Below are positions 29,250 through 42,240 of a stretch of 64,000 nt of DNA, in pieces. Position 1 is the stretch's first letter. Each line of letters opens with the position of its first letter. Under the pieces are notes generated by a model. It was not told where the DNA came from. It was given only the letters and a program-made list of their open reading frames with translations, and searched no databases. Source of the stretch: Candidatus Eiseniibacteriota bacterium (GTDB lineage Bacteria; Eisenbacteria; RBG-16-71-46); assembly GCA_031370785.1 (NCBI GenBank), contig JANMQY010000060.1, positions 32,001 through 96,000 of the forward strand. Reading direction: 5' to 3'. The translations under genes were made by a program, and so were the position numbers.

Positions 29250-30002
29250 GTGATCCAGGTCGTGTGCATCAAGCAGGTGGCCGACACCGAGACCCGCGTG
29301 AAGGTGGCAGCCGATGGCAAGAGCCTCGACCCCGCGGGCGTCACCTGGATTCTGAATCCCTATGACGAGTTCGCGGTCGAGCAGGCGCTTCGCGTCAAGG
29401 AGCAGCTCGGCGCCGGCGAGGTGATCGCGATCTCGCTTGGAGGCGCCGGCGTTCCGACCACGCTTCGCAGCGTGCTCGCGATGGGCGCGGATCGCGCGAT
29501 CCATCTGAAGGCCGACGGCCCGGCGCCGGACTCGCTGCAGGTGGCACGAGCTCTCGCCACCGAGATCGCACCGCTTGGCGCGGGACTGGTGTGGCTCGGC
29601 AAGCAGGCGGTGGACGACGATGCCGCGCAGGTCGGACCCATGCTCGCCGAGTTGCTGCATCTGCCGTGCGTGACGGTGGTCGCGAGCTTCGAGCTGGCGG
29701 GCGATCGTGCGAAGGTCGAGCGCGAGATCGAGGGCGGCCGAGAGGTCGTCGAAGTCACCCTTCCCGCCGTGCTCACCGCGGACAAGGGACTCAACGAGCC
29801 GCGCTACGCCTCGCTCAAGGGCATCATGGCCGCGAAGAAGAAGACCATCGACGAGAAGCCGGCCGCTCTCGGAGAGCCCAACCTCGAGGTCAAGTCGCTG
29901 GCGCTGCCGCCTGCGCGTTCGGCCGGACGCATCGTCGGCAAGGGCATCGAAGCGGTGCCCGAGCTGGTGCGGCTGCTGCGCGAAGAAGCGAAGGTGATCT
30001 GA
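29250..30002 (+). CDS. etfB: Electron transfer flavoprotein beta subunit
   Basis: VCIKQVAD, LNPYDEFAVEQA, GKQAVDDD, NEPRYASLKGIMAAKKK. Confidence 0.96.
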   Translation: MIQVVCIKQVADTETRVKVAADGKSLDPAGVTWILNPYDEFAVEQALRVKEQLGAGEVIAISLGGAGVPTTLRSVLAMGADRAIHLKADGPAPDSLQVARALATEIAPLGAGLVWLGKQAVDDDAAQVGPMLAELLHLPCVTVVASFELAGDRAKVEREIEGGREVVEVTLPAVLTADKGLNEPRYASLKGIMAAKKKTIDEKPAALGEPNLEVKSLALPPARSAGRIVGKGIEAVPELVRLLREEAKVI

Positions 30003-30979
30003 TGAGCATCCTGGTTTTCATCGAGCAACGCGAGGGTCGCGTCCGTCCCGTGTCGCGCGAAGCGCTCGGCGAAGCGACGCGACTGGCAGCAACCCTGGGC
30101 GGGCCGGTCGTGGGTGTGTGCGCGGCCTCCGCGGATCCGGGACTCGCGGCGCTCGGCGCTGCAGGCGCCGACAAGGTGCTGCTCGCGACGGGTCCGCGCT
30201 TCGAGTGGTACGACGCCGAGGCCATGACCGCGGCGGTCGTCGCCGCGATCGAATCGCTCGAGCCCGATCTGGTGCTGTTCGCCGCCTCGGCGATGGGCAA
30301 GGACCTCTCGCCGCGCGTCGCGGCCAGGATCGGCGTGGGGCTGGCCTCGGATTGCACCGCGCTCACCCCGCAGGGCGGAACGCTGCTCGCGAGCCGACCG
30401 GTGTTTGCGGGCAAGGCGCTCCAGACCGTGCGCTTCCCGCGCAAGCCGGCGATGGCGTCGCTCAGGCCGAAGGTGTTCGCGACCATCACCCGCGAAGGCG
30501 CGACCACCCCGGTCGAGCGGCTGGTCGTGGCGCTCGATGCCGCGCCGTCGCGCGCCCGCGTCACGAGCGTGGTCGCGGCCTCGGGCGGCAAGACCGACCT
30601 GACCGAGTCCGAGATCATCGTGTCGGGTGGACGCGGGCTCAAGGGGCCCGAGCATTTCGATCTGGTCGAGAATCTCGCCGCGGCGCTCGGCGCGACCGTG
30701 GGCGCTTCGCGCGCGGTCGTGGATGCCGGGTGGCGCCCGCACGCGGATCAGGTCGGACAGACCGGCAAGACGGTTTCGCCCAAGCTGTACGTGGCGGTTG
30801 GAATCTCGGGAGCGATTCAGCACCTCGCGGGCATGTCGTCCTCGCGATGCATCGTCGCGATCAACAAGGATCCCGATGCGCCGATCTTCAAGGTCGCGGA
30901 CTACGGTCTGGTCGGCGACCTGTTCGAAGTGGTGCCGGCGCTCACCGAGGCGGTGCAGAAGCTCAACGCGCACGTCTGA
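30002..30979 (+). CDS. etfA: Electron transfer flavoprotein alpha subunit
   Basis: IVSGGRG, GASRAVVDAGW, QVGQTGKTV, GISGAIQHLAGM, AINKDPDAPIF. Confidence 0.96.
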   Translation: MSILVFIEQREGRVRPVSREALGEATRLAATLGGPVVGVCAASADPGLAALGAAGADKVLLATGPRFEWYDAEAMTAAVVAAIESLEPDLVLFAASAMGKDLSPRVAARIGVGLASDCTALTPQGGTLLASRPVFAGKALQTVRFPRKPAMASLRPKVFATITREGATTPVERLVVALDAAPSRARVTSVVAASGGKTDLTESEIIVSGGRGLKGPEHFDLVENLAAALGATVGASRAVVDAGWRPHADQVGQTGKTVSPKLYVAVGISGAIQHLAGMSSSRCIVAINKDPDAPIFKVADYGLVGDLFEVVPALTEAVQKLNAHV

Positions 30980-31032
30980 AATGCGCGCAGCTCGATTCGC
31001 GCGCCGGCACGGTCGGCGGCGCGCCGCGCGGC

Positions 31033-31061
31033 TTGACGGTCGCGCGCTCGGACCGTAGGGT
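31033..31061 (+). promoter_or_regulatory. Putative sigma70 promoter of the nuo operon
   Basis: TTGACG-N17-TAGGGT. Confidence 0.6.
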
Positions 31062-31121
31062 GCAGTGCCCGCGCGGACACTGGTCCGAGCGTCTGATGCA
31101 TGGCCGATTCTGAGGAGCGTC

Positions 31122-31475
31122 GTGCGCGAATACCTGCCGGTACTCCTGTTCTTCATCGTCGCCGCGGCGTTCGCGGGTGGCACCATCGGACTGTCCACGA
31201 TCATCGTGCCGCGCCGCCGCAACGCCGTGAAGAATTCGGCGTACGAGTGTGGCGTCGAGCCGGTCGGAGACGCGCGCTCGCGTTTCTCGATCAAGTTCTA
31301 CATGGTCGCGGTGCTGTTCATCCTCTTCGACATCGAGGCGGTGTTCCTCTACCCGTGGGCGGTCACGTTTCGCCAGCTCGGGTTGTACGGGCTCATCGAG
31401 ATGATCCTGTTCATCGCGGTCCTGCTGGTGGGCTACGTGTACCTGCTGAAGAAGCGGGCGCTCGAATGGGAATGA
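31122..31475 (+). CDS. nuoA: NADH-quinone oxidoreductase subunit A
   Basis: [32 protein letters not shown] before GTG. Confidence 0.95.
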   Translation: MREYLPVLLFFIVAAAFAGGTIGLSTIIVPRRRNAVKNSAYECGVEPVGDARSRFSIKFYMVAVLFILFDIEAVFLYPWAVTFRQLGLYGLIEMILFIAVLLVGYVYLLKKRALEWE

Positions 31476-31521
31476 CCCCGCCGCGCGGTACGCGCCACCA
31501 GAGTCGGCAGCAGGAGTTCGC

Positions 31522-32187
31522 ATGACCGATCCCAGGCCAACCAATCCGTTCCGTCCGCTCGGCGGGCCGGCCCCGGCGCCGGTCGTGCCGGTCTCGGACC
31601 TGCTTTCGCCCAGGACCGAGGACGATCTGCTGCGCGAGGAGGTCGAGCGCGGCGTCCTGTTCACCACGTTCGAGGGCATGGCCAACTGGGCGGTCAACCA
31701 GTCGCGCGTGAATGCGATCTGGCCGCTCGGCTTCGGACTCGCGTGCTGCGCGATCGAAATGATGGCGATCGCCGGCCCGCGCTTCGACATCTCGCGCTTC
31801 GGCGCGGAGGTGTTCCGCGGCTCGCCGCGCCAGGCCGACCTCATGATCGTCGCCGGCCGCGTGAGCGTGAAGATGGCGCCGGTGCTGCGTCAGCTGTACG
31901 ACCAGATGCCGGATCCGAAGTGGGTGATCTCGATGGGCGCGTGCGCGTCGTGCGGCGGCGTGTTCAACAACTACGCGATCCTGCAGGGCGTGGACAAGAT
32001 CGTGCCGGTGGACGTCTACGTGCCCGGCTGCCCGCCGCGTCCCGAGGCGCTGATCCACGGCATCATGAAACTTCAGGAGAAGATCCTCGCCTCGTCGGTC
32101 GAGATCGGCACGCTCAAGCTCCGCCCGCGCAAGAGCTCGAAGACTCCGAAGACCCAGAAGAGCTCGAAGCAGAAGGGCGCTGCGTGA
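31522..32187 (+). CDS. nuoB: NADH-quinone oxidoreductase subunit B
   Basis: [32 protein letters not shown]. Confidence 0.97.
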   Translation: MTDPRPTNPFRPLGGPAPAPVVPVSDLLSPRTEDDLLREEVERGVLFTTFEGMANWAVNQSRVNAIWPLGFGLACCAIEMMAIAGPRFDISRFGAEVFRGSPRQADLMIVAGRVSVKMAPVLRQLYDQMPDPKWVISMGACASCGGVFNNYAILQGVDKIVPVDVYVPGCPPRPEALIHGIMKLQEKILASSVEIGTLKLRPRKSSKTPKTQKSSKQKGAA

Positions 32188-32750
32188 TGGAGCTGGCTCC
32201 CGAGCGTATCGAACAGCGGCTGAGGGAGCGCTTCCCGGAGATGCCGCTGCGCCGCCAGACCGGCGAGGCAGTGCGCGACTTCACGCTGTTCGTGCCCGGC
32301 GCCCGGCTGGTCGAGGTCTGTACTTTCCTGCGCGACGATCCCGAGCTCGATTTCGCGATGCTCTCCTGGATCGGTGGGGTCGACTACCTGCCGCGCGAGC
32401 CGCGCTTCGAGGTGGTCTACGGCCTGCTCTCGCTCTCGGCCAACGCGCGCCTCCACCTCAAGGTCGAAGTGCTCGAAGAGAATCCGCGCGTGCCGAGCGT
32501 GGTCGGAGTGTGGCCGACCGCGAACTGGCACGAGCGCGAGACCTACGACTTCTACGGGATCGAGTTCACCGGGCATCCCGACCTCACGCGCATCCTGCTG
32601 CCCGACGACTGGGTGGGCTGGCCGCTGCGCAAGGATTCGCCGCTCGGATACGAAGAGGTCGCGTTCACGCACAACACGCCGAAACGCACCAAGCCCGCGC
32701 CCTCGCTCACGCGCCTCAAGCCGAAGAAGGTGACCTACCGTGCGCAGTGA
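32187..32750 (+). CDS. nuoC: NADH-quinone oxidoreductase subunit C
   Basis: ANWHERETYDFYGIEFTGHPDLTRIL...PLRKD. Confidence 0.95.
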   Translation: MELAPERIEQRLRERFPEMPLRRQTGEAVRDFTLFVPGARLVEVCTFLRDDPELDFAMLSWIGGVDYLPREPRFEVVYGLLSLSANARLHLKVEVLEENPRVPSVVGVWPTANWHERETYDFYGIEFTGHPDLTRILLPDDWVGWPLRKDSPLGYEEVAFTHNTPKRTKPAPSLTRLKPKKVTYRAQ

Positions 32751-33918
32751 GACCATGACCCTGAACATGGGTCCGCAGCACCCCTCGACGCACGGTGTGC
32801 TGCGGGTCGCGCTCGAGCTCGACGGCGAGAACGTGGTGCGGGCGAAACCGATCATCGGCTACCTCCACACCGGCATGGAGAAGCAGGCCGAGTACAAGAC
32901 CTACACCCAGTCCATTCCGCAGACCGACCGGATGGACTACCTGGCGCCGATGAGCAACAACCTCGCGCTGTGCCTCGCGGCCGAGAAGCTGGTCGGGATC
33001 GAGGCACCGCCACGCGCGCAGGCGATCCGCGTGCTGCTCACCGAGCTCACGCGCATCAGCGCCCACTGCGTCTGGCTCGGAACGCACGCGATCGACATCG
33101 GCGCGATGACCGTGTTCTGGTACTGCTTCCGCGAGCGCGAGAAGGTCCTGTCGATCTACGACCAGGTGTGCGGCGCGCGCATGACCGCTTCGTACTTCCG
33201 GGTTGGCGGGCTCGCGATGGACATTCCTGCAGGATTCCTCGACCGCTGCGAGAAGTTCGTGGACGAGATGCCGGCGCACGTCGACGAGTACGAGAGCCTG
33301 CTGACCAAAAACCCGATCTGGCTCGCGAGGCTCAAGGGCGTGGCGACGCTCTCGGCGCGCGATGCGGTCGCGCTGGGCGCGACCGGCCCGACGCTGCGCG
33401 GCTCCGGGGTCAAGTGGGACCTGCGCAAGGCCCAGCCCTACTCGGGCTACGAGAGCTACGACTTCGACGTGCCGGTCGGAGCGGTGGGAGACGCCTACGA
33501 TCGCTACCAGGTGCGCGTCGCCGAGATGCGCGAGTCCACGCGCATCGCCAAGCAGGCCGTGCAACGCCTGCGCGAACTGGGGCCGGGACTTTATCGCGTG
33601 CGCGACTTCAAGTACGTGCTGCCTCCCAAGGAAGAGGTGAAGACCTCGATGGAGGCGCTCATCCACCATTTCAAGATCGTGGCGCACGGATTCTTCCCGC
33701 CGGTGGGCGAGGCGTATCAGGCGGTCGAGGCGCCCAAGGGCGAGCTCGGCTTCTACTTCGTCTCCGACGGAACGCCGCGGCCGTGGCGCATGAAGGTGCG
33801 TTCCCCGTCGTTCGTGAACCTGCAGACGCTGCCGACGATGGTCGCGGGACGCCTGGTGGCGGACGTGATCGTTGCGATCGGCAGCCTCGACATCGTGCTC
33901 GGGGAGATCGATCGGTGA
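32740..33918 (+). CDS. nuoD: NADH-quinone oxidoreductase subunit D
   Basis: GPQHPSTHGVLR, DRMDYL, EAPKGE, DIVLGEIDR; no NiFe CxxC motifs. Confidence 0.97.
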   Translation: MRSETMTLNMGPQHPSTHGVLRVALELDGENVVRAKPIIGYLHTGMEKQAEYKTYTQSIPQTDRMDYLAPMSNNLALCLAAEKLVGIEAPPRAQAIRVLLTELTRISAHCVWLGTHAIDIGAMTVFWYCFREREKVLSIYDQVCGARMTASYFRVGGLAMDIPAGFLDRCEKFVDEMPAHVDEYESLLTKNPIWLARLKGVATLSARDAVALGATGPTLRGSGVKWDLRKAQPYSGYESYDFDVPVGAVGDAYDRYQVRVAEMRESTRIAKQAVQRLRELGPGLYRVRDFKYVLPPKEEVKTSMEALIHHFKIVAHGFFPPVGEAYQAVEAPKGELGFYFVSDGTPRPWRMKVRSPSFVNLQTLPTMVAGRLVADVIVAIGSLDIVLGEIDR

Positions 33919-34439
33919 GAAGCGCGTCCACCTCGAACGGCACCCTGATCGATCCGGCCGGGCTGGCGCCATTGCGCATCTCGGACGCCGCCAGGTCCGA
34001 GATCGCTCAGGGTTTGACGCGCTATCCGAACCGCCGCTCCGCGATCCTGCCGGTGCTGTGGGCTCTGCAGCGCGAGCTGGGCTGGCTCTCTCCGGCCGCG
34101 CTGCGTTACGCGGCGCAGACGGTCGAGCTGCCGGACCCCGAGGTGTTCGGGATCGCCACGTTCTACACCATGTTCAACCTCGCGCCGGTGGGACGCCATC
34201 ACCTGCAGGTGTGCATGACGCTGTCGTGCTCGTTGATGGGCTCGGACCGGCTGTTCCGCCACCTCGAAAAGAAGCTCGGCATTGGCCACGGCGAGACCAC
34301 GCCGGACGGGCGCTTCACGCTGCGCCGCGTCGAGTGCCTCGCGGCGTGCGGCGGCGCGCCGTGCATGCAGGTGAATTTCGACTACCACGAGAACCTCGAT
34401 GAGGCCGCGACCGACCGGCTGCTGGAGACCCTGAAGTGA
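33915..34439 (+). CDS. nuoE: NADH-quinone oxidoreductase subunit E
   Basis: ATFYTMF, CMTLSC, ECLAAC. Confidence 0.95.
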   Translation: MRSASTSNGTLIDPAGLAPLRISDAARSEIAQGLTRYPNRRSAILPVLWALQRELGWLSPAALRYAAQTVELPDPEVFGIATFYTMFNLAPVGRHHLQVCMTLSCSLMGSDRLFRHLEKKLGIGHGETTPDGRFTLRRVECLAACGGAPCMQVNFDYHENLDEAATDRLLETLK

Positions 34440-35752
34440 GAGGCCCGCTGCTGTTCAAGGACATCGACACGCCGGGGCTGGCGGCGATCGCGACCTATCG
34501 CGCCGGCGGCGGCTACGAGCCGCTCACCTCGACCCTCGGCGCGAAGAGTCCCGACGAGTGCATCGAGATCGTGAAGGCTTCCGGGCTTCGCGGGCGCGGC
34601 GGCGCCGGATTCCCGACCGGACTCAAGTGGAGCTTCGTGCCGAAGAATTCGCCGAAGCCCAAGTACCTGGTGTGCAACGCGGACGAGAGCGAGCCCGGCA
34701 CGTTCAAGGATCGCGAGCTGATGGAGAAGAACCCTCATCTGCTGATCGAGGGAATGATCCTGTCGGCTTACGCGTTCAACGCGAACACCGGATACATCTA
34801 CCTGCGCGGTGAGTTCGAGTACATCCAGCGCATTCTCGACAGCGCGATTGCCGAGGCGCGCGCCGCCGGCTTCCTCGGCGATCGCGTCGCCGGCACCGGC
34901 TTTCGCTTCGAGCTGTACACGCACCTTGGCGCGGGCGCGTATATCTGCGGCGAGGAGACCGCGCTCTTGAGCTCGCTCGAGGGTTACCGCGGCCAGCCGC
35001 GGCTCAAGCCTCCGTTCCCCGCGGTCGAGGGCCTCTACGCGTGCCCGACCGTGGTCAACAACACCGAGACGCTGATGAACGTGCCGCACATCCTGAAGCA
35101 TGGCGCAGCGTGGTACCGGCAATGGGGCACCGAGAAGAGCCCGGGCACCAAGATCCTCAGCGTTTCCGGTCCGGTGAAGAAGCCGGGCAACTACGAGGTC
35201 GCGCTCGGGCTGCCGCTGCGCCGCCTGATCGAAGAGCAGTGCGGCGGCATGCGCGAAGGCGTGAAGGTGAAGGCGGTGATCCCGGGCGGCTCCTCGGTGC
35301 CGCTCCTGCCCGCATCGCTGCTCGACACCGGGCTCGACTACGAGTCCATGAACGCGGTGGGGACCTATCTCGGTTCGGGCGGCGTGATCGTGATCGACGA
35401 CCGGACCTGCATCGTGGACGCGATGTACAACGTGACGCGCTTCTACGAGCACGAATCGTGCGGCAAGTGCACGCCGTGCCGCGAAGGCACCTACTGGATG
35501 AGCGAAGTGTTCGAGCGCCTCGAAACCGGCAAGGGCCGGCCCGGCGACGTGGATCTGCTGGCCGACGTCTCGGACAACATCCTGGGCAAGTCGTTCTGCG
35601 CGCTCGGCGACGCGGCGGCCATGCCGGTGCTCGGCGCGATCAAGCACTTCCGTGAGGAGTTCGACCACCACGTCACGCACGGACGCTGTCTCGTGAACCG
35701 ACGCGTCGAGGAGATCGCGGCGGGCGCGGGCGCGGTGGGAGCGCGGGCGTGA
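34436..35752 (+). CDS. nuoF: NADH-quinone oxidoreductase subunit F
   Basis: SGLRGRGGAGFPTG, NADESEPGTFKD, GAYICGEETAL, ESCGKCTPCREG, FCALGD. Confidence 0.97.
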   Translation: MRGPLLFKDIDTPGLAAIATYRAGGGYEPLTSTLGAKSPDECIEIVKASGLRGRGGAGFPTGLKWSFVPKNSPKPKYLVCNADESEPGTFKDRELMEKNPHLLIEGMILSAYAFNANTGYIYLRGEFEYIQRILDSAIAEARAAGFLGDRVAGTGFRFELYTHLGAGAYICGEETALLSSLEGYRGQPRLKPPFPAVEGLYACPTVVNNTETLMNVPHILKHGAAWYRQWGTEKSPGTKILSVSGPVKKPGNYEVALGLPLRRLIEEQCGGMREGVKVKAVIPGGSSVPLLPASLLDTGLDYESMNAVGTYLGSGGVIVIDDRTCIVDAMYNVTRFYEHESCGKCTPCREGTYWMSEVFERLETGKGRPGDVDLLADVSDNILGKSFCALGDAAAMPVLGAIKHFREEFDHHVTHGRCLVNRRVEEIAAGAGAVGARA

Positions 35753-38430
35753 GCGCGACCGTGAGGGTGAACATCAACGGACGCGCGATCGAAGTGCCGG
35801 CCGGCACGCTGGTGACCGATGCGGCGCGCGTGGCCGAGGTGCACGTCCCGATCTTCTGCTCGCACGCGAAGCTCCCGCCGCTCGGAGCGTGCCGCATCTG
35901 CGTCGTCGAGATCGGGGTGCCCAGGCTCGGTCCCGATCGGAAGCCGGTGTTCGGACCCGACGGCGCTCCTGAAATCGCATGGATGCCCAAGGTCCAGACC
36001 GGCTGCACCACGGCCGTCACCGACGGCATGCACGTGCGCACCGAGTCTCCGGTGGCGATCCAGGCGCGCAAGGGTGTGATGGAGTTCCTGCTGGTCAACC
36101 ATCCGCTCGACTGCCCGGTGTGCGACGAGGGCGGCGAGTGCCAGCTCCAGGACCTCGCGTTTGCGTTCGGTGCGGACTTCTCGCGCATGTCCGACGCCAA
36201 GCGCACGTTCGTCTCCGAGGATCTCGGGCCGATCGTCAAGAAGGAAGCGAATCGCTGCATCGTGTGCATGCGCTGCGTGCGCTACTGCGACGAAGTGATG
36301 GGCGACGACGCGCTGACCGCGCACCAGCGCGGCGTGCGCACCGAGATCTCCTCGTTCAACCGCCAGCCGCTCGAGTGCGAGCAGTGCGGCAACTGCATCG
36401 AGGTGTGTCCGGTCGGTGCGCTGACCGCGCTGCCGTACCGCTTCCAGGCGCGGCCGTGGGACCTGCGCCAGCACATCACGGTGTGCCCGTACTGCTCGAA
36501 CGGCTGCTCGGTGCGCCTCGGAGTGCGCGGCATGGAGATCCTGCGCGCGCGCGGGACCGAGTACCGGGGCGTGAACGAGGAGTACCTGTGCGTGCGCGGA
36601 CGCTTCGGCTACGAATTCGTGAACAGCGCCGACAGACTGACCAGCCCCCTGCTGCGCGTGGGCGGCGCGCTGTCTCCGGCCGGATTCGACGAGGCGTCGA
36701 CCTACGCGGCGGCGCGGCTCAAGGAGGTCGCGGCGACTCACGGCCCCGGTGCGATCGCGTTTCTCGGCGGCGAGAAGCTGAATCTCGAAGAGCAGTACCT
36801 CATGCAGAAGCTGGCGCGCGCCGTGCTGGGAACGAATCACATCGACGCCCGCACGCGCTTCACCGCGCCCGTCGGAGGCTCGGCGTTCCTGCGCGCGACC
36901 GGCGGCGGGAGCGCGGCGCTCACCTTCGAAGATCTGGTGCATGCGCAGGAGGTGCTGGTCCTGGGCGAGGATCTGCAGGGAGAAGCGCCATTCGCGCAGT
37001 CCGTGCTGGTTCGCGGCCAGCATCAGTTCGGGCTTCACCTGACCGTGGCGCATCCACGCCGGGTCAAGCTGGCCCGCGCCAAGTTCCGCGGCGACTGGCT
37101 CGCGATCCAGCCGGGGAGCGAGCTGGCGCTGATCCACGCCCTGACCCGCGCGGCGCTCGAAGCAGGCCCCGCGCCAGGGACGCCTCCCGATGTGGCTGCG
37201 GGCCTGGCCACGCTTCGCGGCGCGCTGGCCGGTCCGCAGAGCGAGTCCGAGATCGGTGATCAGGCCGCGGCGATCGCTTCTGCGGCCGGCCGGTTGCTCA
37301 AGGCCGAGCGCAAGGCAATCGTGTTCGGGCGCGCGATCGCGGAGCATCCCGAGGCTCCCGCGCTGCTGCAGGCGATCGAGAACCTGGGATGGGCAACCGG
37401 TGCGCTGACGAGGGATCGGTCCTCGGTCATGTACTGCGGCCCGAATTCCAACAGCCAGGGTGCGCTCGACATGGGGCTGACGCCCGACCGTCTGCCCGGC
37501 TACATCGGCGTCGGCGACGCCGCGGCCCGCCAGCCGTTCGAGCAGCAGTGGGGAGGGACGCTGCCCTCTTCGAACGGCCTGACCGCCCCCGAGATCCTCG
37601 AGGCCGCGGCGCAGGGTAAAATCCGCGCATTGTGGATCGCGGGCGACCACTGGTTGCGCAGCGCGCCCGATCGCGCGCTCGCCGAGAAGGCGCTCGAAAC
37701 GTGCGATCTCGTGATCGTGAGCGAGCTGTTCCTCACCGATACGGCGAAGCGCGCGCACGTGGTCTTCCCGGCGGCCGCGTTCGCGGAGAAGGAAGGCGTG
37801 GTGATCAACAGCGAGCGCAGACTCCAGCGCGCGGCGCGCGCGCTTTCGCCAAGGCGCGGCGCGAAGGCAGACTGGGAAATTCTGCAATCGGTGGCGCGCG
37901 CCCTCGGAGCGAACTGGTCGTACCGCACGCCGGAAGACGTGTTCCGCGAGATCACGCGGCTGGTGCCGGGCTTCCGCGGGCTGAGCTGGGCTCACCTGCT
38001 TCCGCTGGGGCACCAGTGGACTCTTCCCACACCATTGCCTGCGAACCTCGTGGCGCCCTCTCGGGCCCCGGCTGGGGCGCGCGCGAGCGCCGAACAGGGG
38101 CTCACGCTGCTCTCGGGCGGCACGCTGTTCCTCCAGGGCAGCCTTTCCTATCGCGGAGCCACGTTGCCCAAGCTCGCACAAGCGGCACGGGCCTGGCTCC
38201 ATCCCGGTGAAGCTGAGCGGCTCGGCATCGAAGAGGGCGAAGCGGTCGAGGTGGCGGGTCCCTCGGGCGCGTTCCGCGTCGACGCCGCGATCGATGACTC
38301 CGTGCCGCCGGGCAGCGTGTTCGTGCCGTACGCCTACGCCGGGGTCGAGATCAACCGGCTCGGAGTCGTTCCCGGCGCGGGCGCGCGGGTGCGGGTCACG
38401 AAGATCGCCTCCGCACGCGTGGGAGTGTGA
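35749..38430 (+). CDS. nuoG: NADH-quinone oxidoreductase subunit G (long form, with N7 motif)
   Basis: FC...ACRIC...C, HPLDCPVCDEGGECQLQD, CIVCMRC, CEQCGNCIEVCP, CPYCSNGC...LC; molybdopterin-oxidoreductase-like C-terminus. Confidence 0.95.
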   Translation: MSATVRVNINGRAIEVPAGTLVTDAARVAEVHVPIFCSHAKLPPLGACRICVVEIGVPRLGPDRKPVFGPDGAPEIAWMPKVQTGCTTAVTDGMHVRTESPVAIQARKGVMEFLLVNHPLDCPVCDEGGECQLQDLAFAFGADFSRMSDAKRTFVSEDLGPIVKKEANRCIVCMRCVRYCDEVMGDDALTAHQRGVRTEISSFNRQPLECEQCGNCIEVCPVGALTALPYRFQARPWDLRQHITVCPYCSNGCSVRLGVRGMEILRARGTEYRGVNEEYLCVRGRFGYEFVNSADRLTSPLLRVGGALSPAGFDEASTYAAARLKEVAATHGPGAIAFLGGEKLNLEEQYLMQKLARAVLGTNHIDARTRFTAPVGGSAFLRATGGGSAALTFEDLVHAQEVLVLGEDLQGEAPFAQSVLVRGQHQFGLHLTVAHPRRVKLARAKFRGDWLAIQPGSELALIHALTRAALEAGPAPGTPPDVAAGLATLRGALAGPQSESEIGDQAAAIASAAGRLLKAERKAIVFGRAIAEHPEAPALLQAIENLGWATGALTRDRSSVMYCGPNSNSQGALDMGLTPDRLPGYIGVGDAAARQPFEQQWGGTLPSSNGLTAPEILEAAAQGKIRALWIAGDHWLRSAPDRALAEKALETCDLVIVSELFLTDTAKRAHVVFPAAAFAEKEGVVINSERRLQRAARALSPRRGAKADWEILQSVARALGANWSYRTPEDVFREITRLVPGFRGLSWAHLLPLGHQWTLPTPLPANLVAPSRAPAGARASAEQGLTLLSGGTLFLQGSLSYRGATLPKLAQAARAWLHPGEAERLGIEEGEAVEVAGPSGAFRVDAAIDDSVPPGSVFVPYAYAGVEINRLGVVPGAGARVRVTKIASARVGV

Positions 38431-39463
38431 ACGGGATGGCCGCCCTGCTCGAGAACCCCGACCTGCAGCTCGCCTTCTGGGCCATCGTCAAGGTCCTGGT
38501 GATCCTGCACGCGATGCTCGGGATCGTGTCCTACATGATCTTCGCCGAGCGCAAGGTCGCGGGGCACATGCAGGCGCGCACCGGTCCCAACCGTGTCGGG
38601 CCATTCGGTCTCTTCCAGCCCATCGCCGATGTCGGCAAGCTCTTCTTCAAGGAGGAGTTCATTCCCGCCGACGCGAGCAAGGTGATCTTCCATATCGCGC
38701 CGATGCTCGCGGTGATCCCGGCACTGGTCACATTCGTGATCGTGCCGTTCGGACCCGGCGATGCGTTCGTCGGGACCGATCTCAATGTGGGCCTGCTGCT
38801 GTTCTTTGCGATGTCGAGCCTTGGCGTCTACGCGATCACCCTCGGCGGCTGGGCGTCGAACAACAAGTACGCGCTGCTCGGGGGCTTAAGATCGTCGGCG
38901 CAGATGATCTCGTACGAGCTGGCGATGGGGCTCTCGACCATCGGCGTGCTCCTGATCGCCGGCTCGCTCTCGATGGTTCAGATCGTGCACTCGCAGGCGC
39001 GCCTCATGCACCTGGGACCGCTCGCGGTGCCGGCGTGGAACATCTTCTTCCAGCCGCTCGCCTTTGCGATCTTCATGATCACCGCGTTCGCCGAGACCAA
39101 CCGCGCGCCGTTCGATCTGCCCGAGGCCGAGGGCGAGCTGGTCGCCGGCTTTCACACCGAGTATTCGAGCATGAAGTTCGGCCTGTTCTTCCTCGGCGAG
39201 TACATGAACGTGATCTCGATCAGCTGCATCGCGGTCACGCTGTTTCTCGGCGGCTGGAATGGCCCGGGGCCGCAGTCGCTCGGGCTGCTCTGGTTCGTTC
39301 TCAAGCTCGGCGCGCTGCTGTTCTTCTTCATCTGGGTGCGCTGGACCTTTCCGCGGCTGCGCTACGACCAGCTGATGAATTTCGGCTGGAAGGTACTGCT
39401 GCCGCTCTCGCTCGGCAACGTCGTGCTCACGGCGCTGGTGGTCTACTTCACCGGAGGACGGCC

Positions 39464-39467
<4 letters not shown>
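38427..39467 (+). CDS. nuoH: NADH-quinone oxidoreductase subunit H
   Basis: ERK...GPNRVGPFG..QPIAD..K, SYEL, AETNRAPFDLPEAE. Confidence 0.97.
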
Positions 39468-39999
<532 letters not shown>

Positions 40000-40003
<4 letters not shown>

Positions 40004-40302
40004 TTCCTCTGTCGTGGTCGCTGATCCTGAGCGCACTGGTGTTCGGCATCGGGCTGATCGGCGTGCTGGTGCGGCGCAACGCGCTCATCATCTTCATGTC
40101 GATCGAGCTGATGCTGAACTCCGCCAACCTCGTGTTCGTCGCCTTTGCGCGGGCCATGAATTCGATCGACGGGCAGGTGTTCGTGTTCTTCGTCATGACG
40201 GTGGCTGCCGCCGAGGTCGCGGTCGGCCTCGCGATCATCGTCAACCTGTTCCGGCTCCGCGAGACGGTCTTCGTGGACGAGATCAACCTGCTCAAGAACT
40301 GA
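40000..40302 (+). CDS. nuoK: NADH-quinone oxidoreductase subunit K
   Basis: RRN...[18 protein letters not shown]. Confidence 0.96.
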
Positions 40303-40311
40303 GAAACGGAC

Positions 40312-42234
<1,923 letters not shown>

Positions 42235-42240
42235 GGGCCG

